This document shows, piece by piece, positions 41,801 to 49,573 of a stretch of 64,000 bases of DNA (positions are counted from its first letter, which is position 1; each line of letters begins with the position of its first letter). The DNA is from a bacterium (lineage in GTDB: Bacteria > UBA8248 > JACPRG01 > G963555815): positions 1,440,001-1,504,000 of the forward strand of contig CBDHDG010000006.1 of NCBI GenBank assembly GCA_965261595.1, read 5' to 3'. The notes beneath the pieces were generated by a model that ran no database searches, was not told where the DNA came from, and saw only the letters and a list, made by a program, of their open reading frames with translations. A program made the position numbers and the translations under genes.

Positions 41801-42468
41801 GTCTCCACCGTCACGCTCACCTGGATCGCCGTGTCCGCCCCGGCTTCTTTCCGCGCGGTTTTGGCCGCGTTGACGGCCGCTTTGATCTGAAGCGGGTCCT
41901 GGCACGTCTCGATGAGGATGACGTCCACGCCGCCCGCGATGAGGCCGCCGCACTGAACGGTCAGGGCGTCTTCCAGGCTCTGGTAATCGATGTGGCCGAG
42001 GGTGGGCAGACGGGTCCCGGGCCCCACGGAGCCGAAGACGAACCGCCGCCGTCCGTCGCCGGCGAGGGTCTCGACGGCCTCACGGGCGATCTCCGCGCCA
42101 CGCCGGCTGAGATCGAACGCCTCGTCGGCGATGTCGAACTCCCCAAGGGTGATGGGGGAGCTTCCGAATGTGTTGGTCTTGAGGGCGTCGGCCCCCGCTT
42201 CGAGAAATTCGATGTGGATCGAGCGGATGACGTCCGGGCGGGTCCGGTTGAGGAGCTCCATGCAGTTTTCTTTGCCGAGGAAGTCTTCCTCCAGACTGAG
42301 GTCGCGGGCGTAGATCGACGTGCCCATGGCCCCGTCCAGCAGCAAGACCCGGTCGGACAAGTGGTCGAGCACGTGGACTTCGCCTCGGGGACCGGCGACG
42401 GGAAGGTCGTTTGGTCCGGCCTCCGGCGGTGCGGCAACGCCGGCGGGTTCTGAAATCGGGATCGTCAT
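38887..42468 (-). CDS. metH: B12-dependent methionine synthase
   Basis: LLDGAMGT, GGCCGT, IGERCNANGS, ATVKGDVHDIGKN, MSGLL, RYSFGYPACP. Confidence 0.97.
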   Translation of the reverse strand: MTIPISEPAGVAAPPEAGPNDLPVAGPRGEVHVLDHLSDRVLLLDGAMGTSIYARDLSLEEDFLGKENCMELLNRTRPDVIRSIHIEFLEAGADALKTNTFGSSPITLGEFDIADEAFDLSRRGAEIAREAVETLAGDGRRRFVFGSVGPGTRLPTLGHIDYQSLEDALTVQCGGLIAGGVDVILIETCQDPLQIKAAVNAAKTARKEAGADTAIQVSVTVETTGTLLVGAEIAVAATIIDALDVPIIGMNCGTGPQEMAEHVKWLGDSWPGKISLVPNAGLPELVDGRTHYPLEAPEMAKWMERFVEKDGIHIIGGCCGTTPAHIAALDEMLRKRARGRRPAPVQRSVHRVPSLASLYQQIPMRQENAFLSIGERCNANGSKKFRRFQEQEDWDGAVGMGREQEKEGSHALDVCTAFVGRDEVSDMTAVISRMRGAVTVPLVLDSTELPVLETALKLYGGKAVINSINFEDGEDPPAARLGLAKKFGAAVIALTIDEAGMAKTVEAKMRIALRLHDFACNRHGLPASDLLFDPLTFTICTGNEDDRKLGLWTLEAIERLHDELPECQIILGLSNISFGLKPASRHVLNSVYLDHALKRGLTSAILHASKIMPLHRIPPDELKSAEDLIFDWRSEGYDPLHSFIAHFEDRTAAKETVKERPAEVEERLKRRIIDGDRQGLEADLDEALQKHPPLDIVNIHLLDGMKVVGELFGSGQMQLPFVLQSAETMKAAVAHLEPHMERVEGRTKGTIVLATVKGDVHDIGKNLVDIILTNNGYRVINLGIKQPIASILEAARTHEADAIGMSGLLVKSTVIMRENLEEMTRQGITAPVFLGGAALTRKYVEEDCARAYESGGGVAYAPDAFGGLDLMAKVAEGTFDAHIEAARKRRARRPAPKKPDAEKTTREDILRPVALEEIRLRRAELADAVDVPDPPFWGPRLVERISLKSLVPYLNETMLFHFQWGFKKSGRSVADLKSWIGREIRPILTRMVRTVIEEKTFAPQAAYGYWKAASEGDDVVLFDETGEREAARFHLPRQTRKDGLCIADFFRDIGTGERDVIALQAVTIGQRASDTAREWFAENRYQDYLYLHGLGVETAEALAEYIHKRIRAELGFGHLDERNIHRMLKQGYRGSRYSFGYPACPNLADQRKLLDLLGAERIGIEMSEEDQLHPEQSTSAIVIHHPQAKYFSV

Positions 42469-42478
42469 GTCGAGCCGC

Positions 42479-43414
42479 CTAGGTGGATTCGGGATTTTCC
42501 CGGGCCGCCTCCCCGGCGGCGGGACGCAGACCGAGGACGTGGCAGATCGCGTACGTCAGGTCCGCCCGGTTGAGGGTGTAAAAGTGAAACTCGTTCACCC
42601 CTTCGTCCCGGAGTCGCCGGACCTGCTCGACGGCGGTCGAGGCCGCCACGAGGTTGTGGATGACGGGATCGTCGTCCAGCCCTTCAAAGAGCTTTGTCAG
42701 CCAGGGCGGGACCGTGGTCCCGCACATCGCGCTGAAGCGGACCACCTGGCTGAATTTGTGGACGGGCAGGATGCCGGGGACGATGGGGACGGTGATGCCG
42801 GCCGCGCGGACGCGGTCCAGAAAGCGGAGGTACAGGTCGGCGCCGAAGAAATATTGCGTGATGGCGCGCGTCGCGCCGGCGTCGATTTTCCGCTTCAGGT
42901 TGTCGATGTCGGCCTCCGGCCCTGCGGCCCCGGGATGGGTCTCGGGATAGGCGGCGACGCTGATCTCGAAATCCGCCACCCGCTTCAGACCGGTCACAAG
43001 CTCGGTTGCGTAGGGATACCCTCCCGGGTGCGGAATATATTCCCGGGTGTCTTCGGGCGGATCGCCGCGCAGGGCGACGATGTGACGAATCCCCAGGTCC
43101 CAATAGGCCCGGGCGACCTCATCCACCTCTTCGCGGGGAGAGCCGACGCACGTCAGGTGAGCGGCGGGGACCAGGGTGGTGTCGGTCAGGATTCGCCGCA
43201 CCGTCGCGTGGGTCCGCTCCCGGGTGCCGCCCCCGGCGCCGTAAGTGACGGAGACAAACCTCGGCCGCAGCGGCTCCAGCCGCTTGACCGAGGTCCAGAG
43301 GGTCTGTTCCATCTTCTCCGTCTTGGGCGGAAAAAACTCGAACGACACCTGAATCGGCCGGCCGGAGGATTCCGCGGACGGGATGTCGGGGAGCTGTTTC
43401 TCTGACGGCGTCAA
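42479..43414 (-). CDS. metF: 5,10-methylenetetrahydrofolate reductase
   Basis: VSFEFFPPK, SVTYGAGG, AHLTC, ALRGD, AYPETH, ITQYFF, HFYTLN; probable TTG start overlapping the upstream stop. Confidence 0.96.
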   Translation of the reverse strand: MTPSEKQLPDIPSAESSGRPIQVSFEFFPPKTEKMEQTLWTSVKRLEPLRPRFVSVTYGAGGGTRERTHATVRRILTDTTLVPAAHLTCVGSPREEVDEVARAYWDLGIRHIVALRGDPPEDTREYIPHPGGYPYATELVTGLKRVADFEISVAAYPETHPGAAGPEADIDNLKRKIDAGATRAITQYFFGADLYLRFLDRVRAAGITVPIVPGILPVHKFSQVVRFSAMCGTTVPPWLTKLFEGLDDDPVIHNLVAASTAVEQVRRLRDEGVNEFHFYTLNRADLTYAICHVLGLRPAAGEAARENPEST

Positions 43415-44406
43415 GGGGTCACCTCTTTCAAGCGCCCGTCGGGAATCCCCTTTGCGCTTTCCATCCGTTTCGAGGGTCCCCCCGGCCGGATCGCGGTCCA
43501 GACCGAGACGGTCAGGGGATCGCCCGGCAGGTGGACGACGGCTTCCGGGCGCAGACCCGCGGCCCGGAACCACCTTTCCACTTCATCTTCGGCGAATCCC
43601 AGGCGGCGGTGGGCATGGTGTCTCCTGAGGTCTTCCAAGTCGTGGGGCGCGAAATCGGCCACCAGGAGGACGCCCCCGGGACGAAGGGCGCGCGCCGCCT
43701 CGGACAAGGCGCGGGACGGGGTGTCCGCGAAATGAAGGACCTGATGAAAAACGACGGCGTCGAAGGATTCCGACGGCAAGGGCAATTGATACATATCGCC
43801 GTGACGAACCTGGCAATGCCGCAGCCCCGACCGCTCCAGATTCATGCGGGCGAGGGCGAGCATCTCATGGGAGCGATCCATGCCGGTGGCCTTGGCGACG
43901 TGTGGGCCGAAGACCTCAATCATCCGGCCGGCGCCGGTTCCGATGTCGAGCAGGTCCTCAATTTCCCAACCAGACAGAATGTTAAGCAATACGCGTTCCA
44001 CCTCGGACTCGGGGACGTGCAAGGAGCGGATCTCGTTCCAGCGCGGGGCGTTTTCCCGGAAGTACGCGTTCGCCGCCTCGGCCCGGGCTTCCTTCACCCG
44101 CTCCAGGCGTTGGAGGTCCAGGGAGAGGGTTGAATCGCCGTCCGGGATTAACCCGATCAGCGCGCGGCCAAGCGCCGCCTCGTCCGTGTCTTGCGCGAGC
44201 CGGTAAAATACCCAGTTCCCTTCGGGAAACCGGTCCAGCAAGCCCGCGTCACATAGGAGCTTGAGGTGCCGGGAGACCCGGGGTTGGCTTTGTCCAAGAA
44301 TTTGCGCCAGCTCGGTCACGGTCAGCTCACCGTCGCCGCAAAGGGCAAGAAGACGGAGGCGGGTGGGTTCCGCGACGGCTCGCAATCTCGCCAACAGCCG
44401 TTCCAT
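43411..44406 (-). CDS. sahR: ArsR-HTH plus SAM-binding methyltransferase-fold regulator (SahR type)
   Basis: EPTRLRLL, SQPRVSRHLKLL, LLDIGTGAG, HQVLH; heads the metF-metH operon. Confidence 0.85.
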   Translation of the reverse strand: MERLLARLRAVAEPTRLRLLALCGDGELTVTELAQILGQSQPRVSRHLKLLCDAGLLDRFPEGNWVFYRLAQDTDEAALGRALIGLIPDGDSTLSLDLQRLERVKEARAEAANAYFRENAPRWNEIRSLHVPESEVERVLLNILSGWEIEDLLDIGTGAGRMIEVFGPHVAKATGMDRSHEMLALARMNLERSGLRHCQVRHGDMYQLPLPSESFDAVVFHQVLHFADTPSRALSEAARALRPGGVLLVADFAPHDLEDLRRHHAHRRLGFAEDEVERWFRAAGLRPEAVVHLPGDPLTVSVWTAIRPGGPSKRMESAKGIPDGRLKEVTP

Positions 44407-44455
44407 CAGCGCAAAGCTCCTATATGACCGGGTCGAGAAAATTAAATAATTCAAT

Positions 44456-44485
44456 ATATATACATTTCTTTATATGGCTTGTCAA
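44456..44485 (-). promoter_or_regulatory. SahR-type operator overlapping a sigma70 promoter
   Basis: Imperfect 20-bp palindrome ATATAAAGAAATGTATATAT (44456-44475, minus strand) just downstream of TTGACA (44480-44485). Confidence 0.7.
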
Positions 44486-44655
44486 CCTCTGCGGGCTTTA
44501 GACGGTTACTTCCGGTGATTTTGATGCTATTTTGAAAGGATAGGCTTGAATGATGTCCCTTCTCGGATTGAACCCAAGGGACATTGGCCGCAGCTCGGGT
44601 CATCGAGGGTCGGCGGACCCGGTGGGTCGGAATCGACTGACAGGAGGCGCTCAGC

Positions 44656-45255
44656 ATGGGCTTGAAAGGATTGATAAACAAGCTGCGTTACGGAGATGAA
44701 AACCCGGACGCGAACCCGGAGAGAAGCCAGGCCGTTTTGGATCATCGGGAGGCGCTTTTCAACGATCCGGACACCCCCTCTTACGGAAACCCGGCCGGCA
44801 AGGTGACGGTGGTCGAGTTTATCGACTACCGCTGACACTTTTGCAGGCCCCTCCGTGGGAGGCTCGCAAAGACCAAGGATGCGGACCCGGAATTGCGCGT
44901 TGTCGTCAAGGAGATCCCCATTCTGGGACCGACTTCGCTGGATGCGTCGAAGGCCGCGTTGGCGTCCATCGGGCAGGGCAAGTATTACGAGATGCATACG
45001 GCGCTTTACGGCGCGAAGGGCAAATTCGGCGGGGACGTCATCTTCCGGATTGCGGAATCGGTTGGATTGGACGTCGAGCGTTTGAAGAGCGACATGGAGG
45101 TGCCGAGGATCAAGGAGATGTACGAGCGGAACATCGAGCTGGGCAAGGCGATCGGGATCCGGGGGACTCCCGGCTTGGTCATCGGGAGCGTGGTGATCCT
45201 GGGCGCGGTGGGAAAGAAAAAGCTCAACCAGTTGATCGAGCAGGCGCGCGGCTGA
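44656..45255 (+). CDS. DsbA-family thioredoxin-fold protein, putative selenoprotein (TGA 44833-44835 = Sec)
   Basis: RBS AGGAGG, ATG 44656; GNPAGKVTVVEFIDYR-TGA-HFCR (UxxC), KEIPILG, GIRGTP (cis-Pro). Confidence 0.85.
44840..44870 (+). promoter_or_regulatory. Bacterial SECIS-like hairpin
   Basis: TTTGC...CCTCC-GTG-GGAGG...GCAAA; G-initiated loop 20 nt after the TGA. Confidence 0.55.
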
Positions 45256-45325
45256 GCCGACTTGACTCATACCGGGCGTGAACGGCGGACCGGGGCGGAC
45301 GTCCCAACGTTCGAGGAGACCTTCG

Positions 45326-45610
45326 ATGGCCAAGGCTGTGTGGAACGGTGTTGTTTTGGCGGAGAGTGATCGCTGCGAAACTGTAGAGGGCGTCCAACAC
45401 TTCCCGCCAGACTCCATCCACCGGGAATATTTCAGGGTGAACGACACGAAAACAACCTGTCATTGGAAGGGCGAGGCGAGTTATTACGATATTGTCGTGG
45501 GGGATCAGGTGAGCGAGGGGGCCGCCTGGCACTACCCTTCCGCAATGGACGCCGCCAAACACTTTGAGGGCTACGTCGCCTTCTGGAAGGATGTCGAGGT
45601 CGAAGCGTAA
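45326..45610 (+). CDS. DUF427 domain protein
   Basis: AVWNGVVLAESD, VEG..HFP, CHWKGEASYY, AAWHYP, VAFWK. Confidence 0.9.
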   Translation: MAKAVWNGVVLAESDRCETVEGVQHFPPDSIHREYFRVNDTKTTCHWKGEASYYDIVVGDQVSEGAAWHYPSAMDAAKHFEGYVAFWKDVEVEA

Positions 45611-45673
45611 GACCCGCCCCCCCCCCTCCCCCCCGCCCGGGGATCGGCCTCGGACACAGAGGAAGACGCACGC

Positions 45674-46333
45674 TTGACCGAACCTATTATCGATACAATG
45701 GGCGTAGAGGACCGGTTTTCGCGGGTTTGCCGGGTCATGGGCCTTGTCGTTCTGGTCCTGGTTCTCGCCTGCGCGTTCACCCCCTTGCCCGATTTGTTGG
45801 TCAAACGGCTCGAAGCCTCGCGAGGCCTGGGGCCGGCGGACGCCATCGTCGCCCTGGGCGCGGGGGTGCAAAGCGACGATACGCTCAGCAACGCGTCCAT
45901 GCGCAGGGCGATTCACGGGATCGTTCTCTTCCGGAAGAAGCGGGCGCCGCTTCTGGCTTTCTCGGGGCCGGATGGGGGCGGGGGAGAAAGCCGGCCCGAG
46001 GCTGAGATTCGCGCCGAGCTTGCCCGCGACCTGGGTGTGCCCCCCGAAGCCATCCTGACGGATGTCCGGGCGAATACCACCCGTGAAGAGGCCCTCCGCC
46101 TGGGAGAACGCCTGCGGTCGAGAGGGGTCCGGAAAATTCTCCTGGTGACGGACCCGCTTCACATGGGGAGGGCGAAGCCGTTGTTCGAGCGGGAGGGTTT
46201 TAAAGTCATCCCCGCGCCGATCCCGAGCAGTTTGTCGGGTTCGGTCCAGCCGGAATCGAGGCTCCAGGTGATCCGCCGGCTCCTCAAGGCGGCCTTCGGG
46301 CGGGTTTATTACTTGGCGGCGGGACACATCTGA
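45674..46333 (+). CDS. YdcF/DUF218 family membrane protein
   Basis: DAIVALGAG, FSG, ANTTREEA, LLVTDPLHMGRA. Confidence 0.85.
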   Translation: MTEPIIDTMGVEDRFSRVCRVMGLVVLVLVLACAFTPLPDLLVKRLEASRGLGPADAIVALGAGVQSDDTLSNASMRRAIHGIVLFRKKRAPLLAFSGPDGGGGESRPEAEIRAELARDLGVPPEAILTDVRANTTREEALRLGERLRSRGVRKILLVTDPLHMGRAKPLFEREGFKVIPAPIPSSLSGSVQPESRLQVIRRLLKAAFGRVYYLAAGHI

Positions 46334-46356
46334 AGGTTAAGGGGGGGGGACTAGGG

Positions 46357-46677
46357 ATGCCCGGGCTGTTTCTTCTGATGCTGGTCGCAATCACGTCGGT
46401 CGGGGCGTTCTGGATCGGGTGCGGGGGGTTCAGGCTTCACCGGCGGGGGATCGTCCGGGCGATGGGCGGGCTGCTTGAAGTCATGGGGATTTCGCTGATA
46501 TTTTTTGTGCTGAATCTCGTGGTCGGGATTGCCGCTGTCTTCGGCCTGCGATTTCTCACCGGGAGGTATGTATCACTCTACTTGCCGGACGACGCCCTTT
46601 TGCCCATCCTTTCCCTTTTTCAAGGACTCACTTTTTACCTGTGGCGGTGTTGGCCCGGCGGGCGGGACCCGGTTTGA
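46357..46677 (+). CDS. Hypothetical membrane protein
   Basis: Three hydrophobic segments; follows the YdcF gene. Confidence 0.6.
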   Translation: MPGLFLLMLVAITSVGAFWIGCGGFRLHRRGIVRAMGGLLEVMGISLIFFVLNLVVGIAAVFGLRFLTGRYVSLYLPDDALLPILSLFQGLTFYLWRCWPGGRDPV

Positions 46678-46805
46678 CGCGCTGAAATCTGCGTTGGCCG
46701 ACGATGGCGCGCGGCCCGCCTACGGATCTCGAAGGGGAAATTCTCCGGACAATCCGGGGAGCGGGCCAACTCGAAACCAAAGTATGCGATTGGGGGAGAA
46801 TTCCG

Positions 46806-47459
46806 ATGAATACGCCCGATGCCGAGCCTAGAGCCAATATGCAGGTGATCGCCGGCGGTCCGTTGAGGGTGAACGGCCCCTTGCCGCTCGAAGACGCCCG
46901 GGGCGGATCGATCTAAACGCGGGCCGCTTATTCCCTTTGCCGATGCGGGCAGTCTTCCAATAAGCCCTTCTGTGACGGAAATCACAAGGGGGCCGAGTTC
47001 ACCGGGGAGGAGACGGCGGACAAAGGGAGAATCCAGGATCGGTGGAAGGTGTACAAAGGGAAGTCCATCACCATCTATGATGACCGCTCCGTCTGTTCTC
47101 ACGACGGCGCTTGCACCGATGACCTGCCGCACTGTTACAAACAAGGCCAGGATCCCTGGATCGTTCCCGACGCCGAGGAGGACATCGCGAAACAGATCGA
47201 TATCGTCCGGCGGTGCCCTTCCGGGGCCATCAGCTACAGCCTGGGCGATTCGGACGAAACTGTCGAAGAAGACAAGGACCCGGCTGTCACCGTCACCCGG
47301 GACGGCCCGCTGGCCGTTGTCGGTCGGGTGGAGCTGAAGTCGGCGGAAGGCGCATCCTACGAGACGCGCGCCCGCGTCGCGCTTTGCCGGTGCGGGGGGT
47401 CCAAGAACAAGCCCTTTTGCGACGGCACGCACTGGCACATCGGGTTCAAGGACGGATAG
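46806..47459 (+). pseudogene. CDGSH Fe-S domain protein with a central divergent 4Fe-4S domain; TAA at 46914 and frameshift near 47030
   Basis: LCRCGQSSNKPFCDGNH, CSHDGAC...RRCPSGA, LCRCGGSKNKPFCDGTH. Confidence 0.85.
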
Positions 47460-47614
47460 CCCGCTATTCCCGCAAATAATTGCGGCCATCGCGCAACGGG
47501 CGCGGTCGCCGGTCGCTGGGTGGCTTTCGGGCGAAGCTTCGGCGCGGACCGGCGCATCCGTCCGCACCGTTGGAGCGGCGCCGGCTCGCATCCGCAAACC
47601 GTAGGGGGTGGGAC

Positions 47615-48289
47615 ATGACGTTGACGGTCTACGAGGTTTTGGGACACCTTTCTTACACGCTCACCGGCCTGTCCTTTTTCATGCGCGACATTCTGCTCCT
47701 TCGGGTCCTTTCGATCGGGGCCTGTGCGGTGGGCATTGTGTACGGCTATCTGATTCCGTCGGGTCCGCTCTGGCTGGTTATCTTCTGGTTGATCCTCTTT
47801 CTCGTGATCAACGTGGGCCGGATTATCCATTTGATGCTGGAGCGCCGCGGCGTCTCTTTCAGTGAGGAAGAGCGGGAGCTTTACCGAACGGTCTTCCACC
47901 GATTCGCACCCGTCGATTTCCTGAAGCTCATCCGGCTGGGGGCATGGCGATCCGCGGCGCCGGAGGAACACCTGACGCGACAGGGCGAGGCCCTGGAGGA
48001 TCTCAAGCTGATCTACAACGGAGAGGTCGTCATCGAGCGTGACGGCGCCGAGGTCGTGCGCTCCCGGGACGGGACGCTGGTCGGCGAGATGTCCTACGTC
48101 CAGGGGGGATATGCGACGGCCACGGTGCGGGTCTTGAGGCCGACGCGCTACCTCTCGTGGCCCCGGAAAGAGCTGCGCAGGCTCCTGAAGCGGAACCCGG
48201 CGATGGACCTGGCGATGCAGACGGTGTTCAGCATGGACCTGACGCGCAAGTTGACGCAGGCTTCGGAGGAAATGGGGTCCGCGCTTTAG
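47615..48289 (+). CDS. Popeye-like membrane protein with a cNMP-binding-fold domain
   Basis: GHLSY.L...SFFMRDILLLRVL and three TM segments, EERELY..VF, LIYNG, GTLVGEMSY. Confidence 0.75.
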   Translation: MTLTVYEVLGHLSYTLTGLSFFMRDILLLRVLSIGACAVGIVYGYLIPSGPLWLVIFWLILFLVINVGRIIHLMLERRGVSFSEEERELYRTVFHRFAPVDFLKLIRLGAWRSAAPEEHLTRQGEALEDLKLIYNGEVVIERDGAEVVRSRDGTLVGEMSYVQGGYATATVRVLRPTRYLSWPRKELRRLLKRNPAMDLAMQTVFSMDLTRKLTQASEEMGSAL

Positions 48290-48339
48290 TCCGGGAGCAT
48301 GAAACCACGCCCCCCCTCTCCCCCCCCCCCCCAAAGGCG

Positions 48340-49410
48340 TCATGCCCCTTTGCTCAATCCTCCGGTGAGCTCCGGCGCGATCCGATCGGCGATCAGGTCC
48401 ACGGCGGCCAAGCGGTCTTTCCCCAGGACGTGATAGAGGATCGGCGTCTTGATCCCGGCGGCGGCGAACGCCCGCAGGCCCTCCACGCATTCCTCCGGCG
48501 TCCCGGCGACGGCCAGGGCCCGGACCACATCATCGGGAACCGCCTCGAGGGCGGCGGCGAGGCGGTTTTCACCCTCGGCTTCGCGCAGGTCCTTCTGAAG
48601 CGCGGCCATGCGGTCTACGGCAAGCCCGGCGTGGATGAACCGCGCGGTGTCGGGGATGCGCATCACGTAGTGCGCCACCAGCCCCTTCACGGCCTGGCGG
48701 GCCGCGTCCCCGTCCAGGTCCACGGCGAAGATGACGTAGCAGGCGATGTCCATCTCTTCCACCGCCCGGCCCGCCTCGGCCGCGCCCGCCCGGACGTGCT
48801 CCATGCCGTACTCGACGAAGGCGGGGGTGCAGAGGACGCTGAAGAAGATCCCGTCGGCCATTGAGGCGGCCATCTTCAGCGTCCGGGGGCCCAGCGTCCC
48901 GAAGTAGAGGGGAACCCCTGGCTTGGTAGCCCCGGGCCGCGCCGGCGGGAAATCGATCCGGACGCCGGGGGGGGGGAGGCGGAAGACCTTTCCCTCGAAT
49001 TCCACCCGCTCCCCCCTCAGAAGCCGCCGGCAGATCTCGCCGGCTTCCCTCAGCGCGGTGATGGGGCGGGGGTTTTCGATCCCGTGCGCCTTGATGGCGG
49101 ACCAGGCGGCGCCGAGCCCCAGGACGAAGCGGGGACCGGCCTGCTCCTCGAGGGTCGCGATCTCCATGGCGATCAGGGCGGGGTGGCGCGTGAACGGATT
49201 AAGAATCCCGAAGCCGATCTCGATTGTATTCGTGACGGCCGCCACAGCCGCCGCCTGGGCGATCACCCCCCGGCTGTGGTAGTTCTCAGCCAGCCAGAGT
49301 CGGCGGAACCCACGTTCCTCGACCCTCTGGGCGACGGCGCAGATCTCCTTCGTCGGAGAGATGCTGTATAGCCCGATATCGATTTGTTCGAAGGGCGCAC
49401 GATCCATCAT
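48340..49410 (-). CDS. LLM-class flavin/F420-dependent oxidoreductase
   Basis: WLAENYHSR, GILNPFTRHPALIA, RFVLGLG, GPRTLKMA, AGTPEEC. Confidence 0.88.
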   Translation of the reverse strand: MMDRAPFEQIDIGLYSISPTKEICAVAQRVEERGFRRLWLAENYHSRGVIAQAAAVAAVTNTIEIGFGILNPFTRHPALIAMEIATLEEQAGPRFVLGLGAAWSAIKAHGIENPRPITALREAGEICRRLLRGERVEFEGKVFRLPPPGVRIDFPPARPGATKPGVPLYFGTLGPRTLKMAASMADGIFFSVLCTPAFVEYGMEHVRAGAAEAGRAVEEMDIACYVIFAVDLDGDAARQAVKGLVAHYVMRIPDTARFIHAGLAVDRMAALQKDLREAEGENRLAAALEAVPDDVVRALAVAGTPEECVEGLRAFAAAGIKTPILYHVLGKDRLAAVDLIADRIAPELTGGLSKGA

Positions 49411-49573
49411 GATCTCCTTTCACCGCGAAGGAATGAATCCGAAATTCTGAAGCCCGGCGATTCGGACCTTCCGGGACTGGGGCGGTCCCGGATTATAATC
49501 GAAACTTCCGGCCCCATCATGCGGGCGTGGAGCGGGAGGCGCGCATTCCCGCTCCAACCGGGAGAAGGGCGGA

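Noticed and set aside
38914..42453. Very long plus-strand ORF (1179 aa) and similar antisense ORFs (e.g. 7638..9446, 16373..18160, 56553..58106)
   Set aside because: Antisense shadows of real high-GC genes; no recognisable motifs
46914..46916. Stop in the CDGSH gene as recoding
   Set aside because: It is TAA and is accompanied by a frameshift, so pseudogene or error
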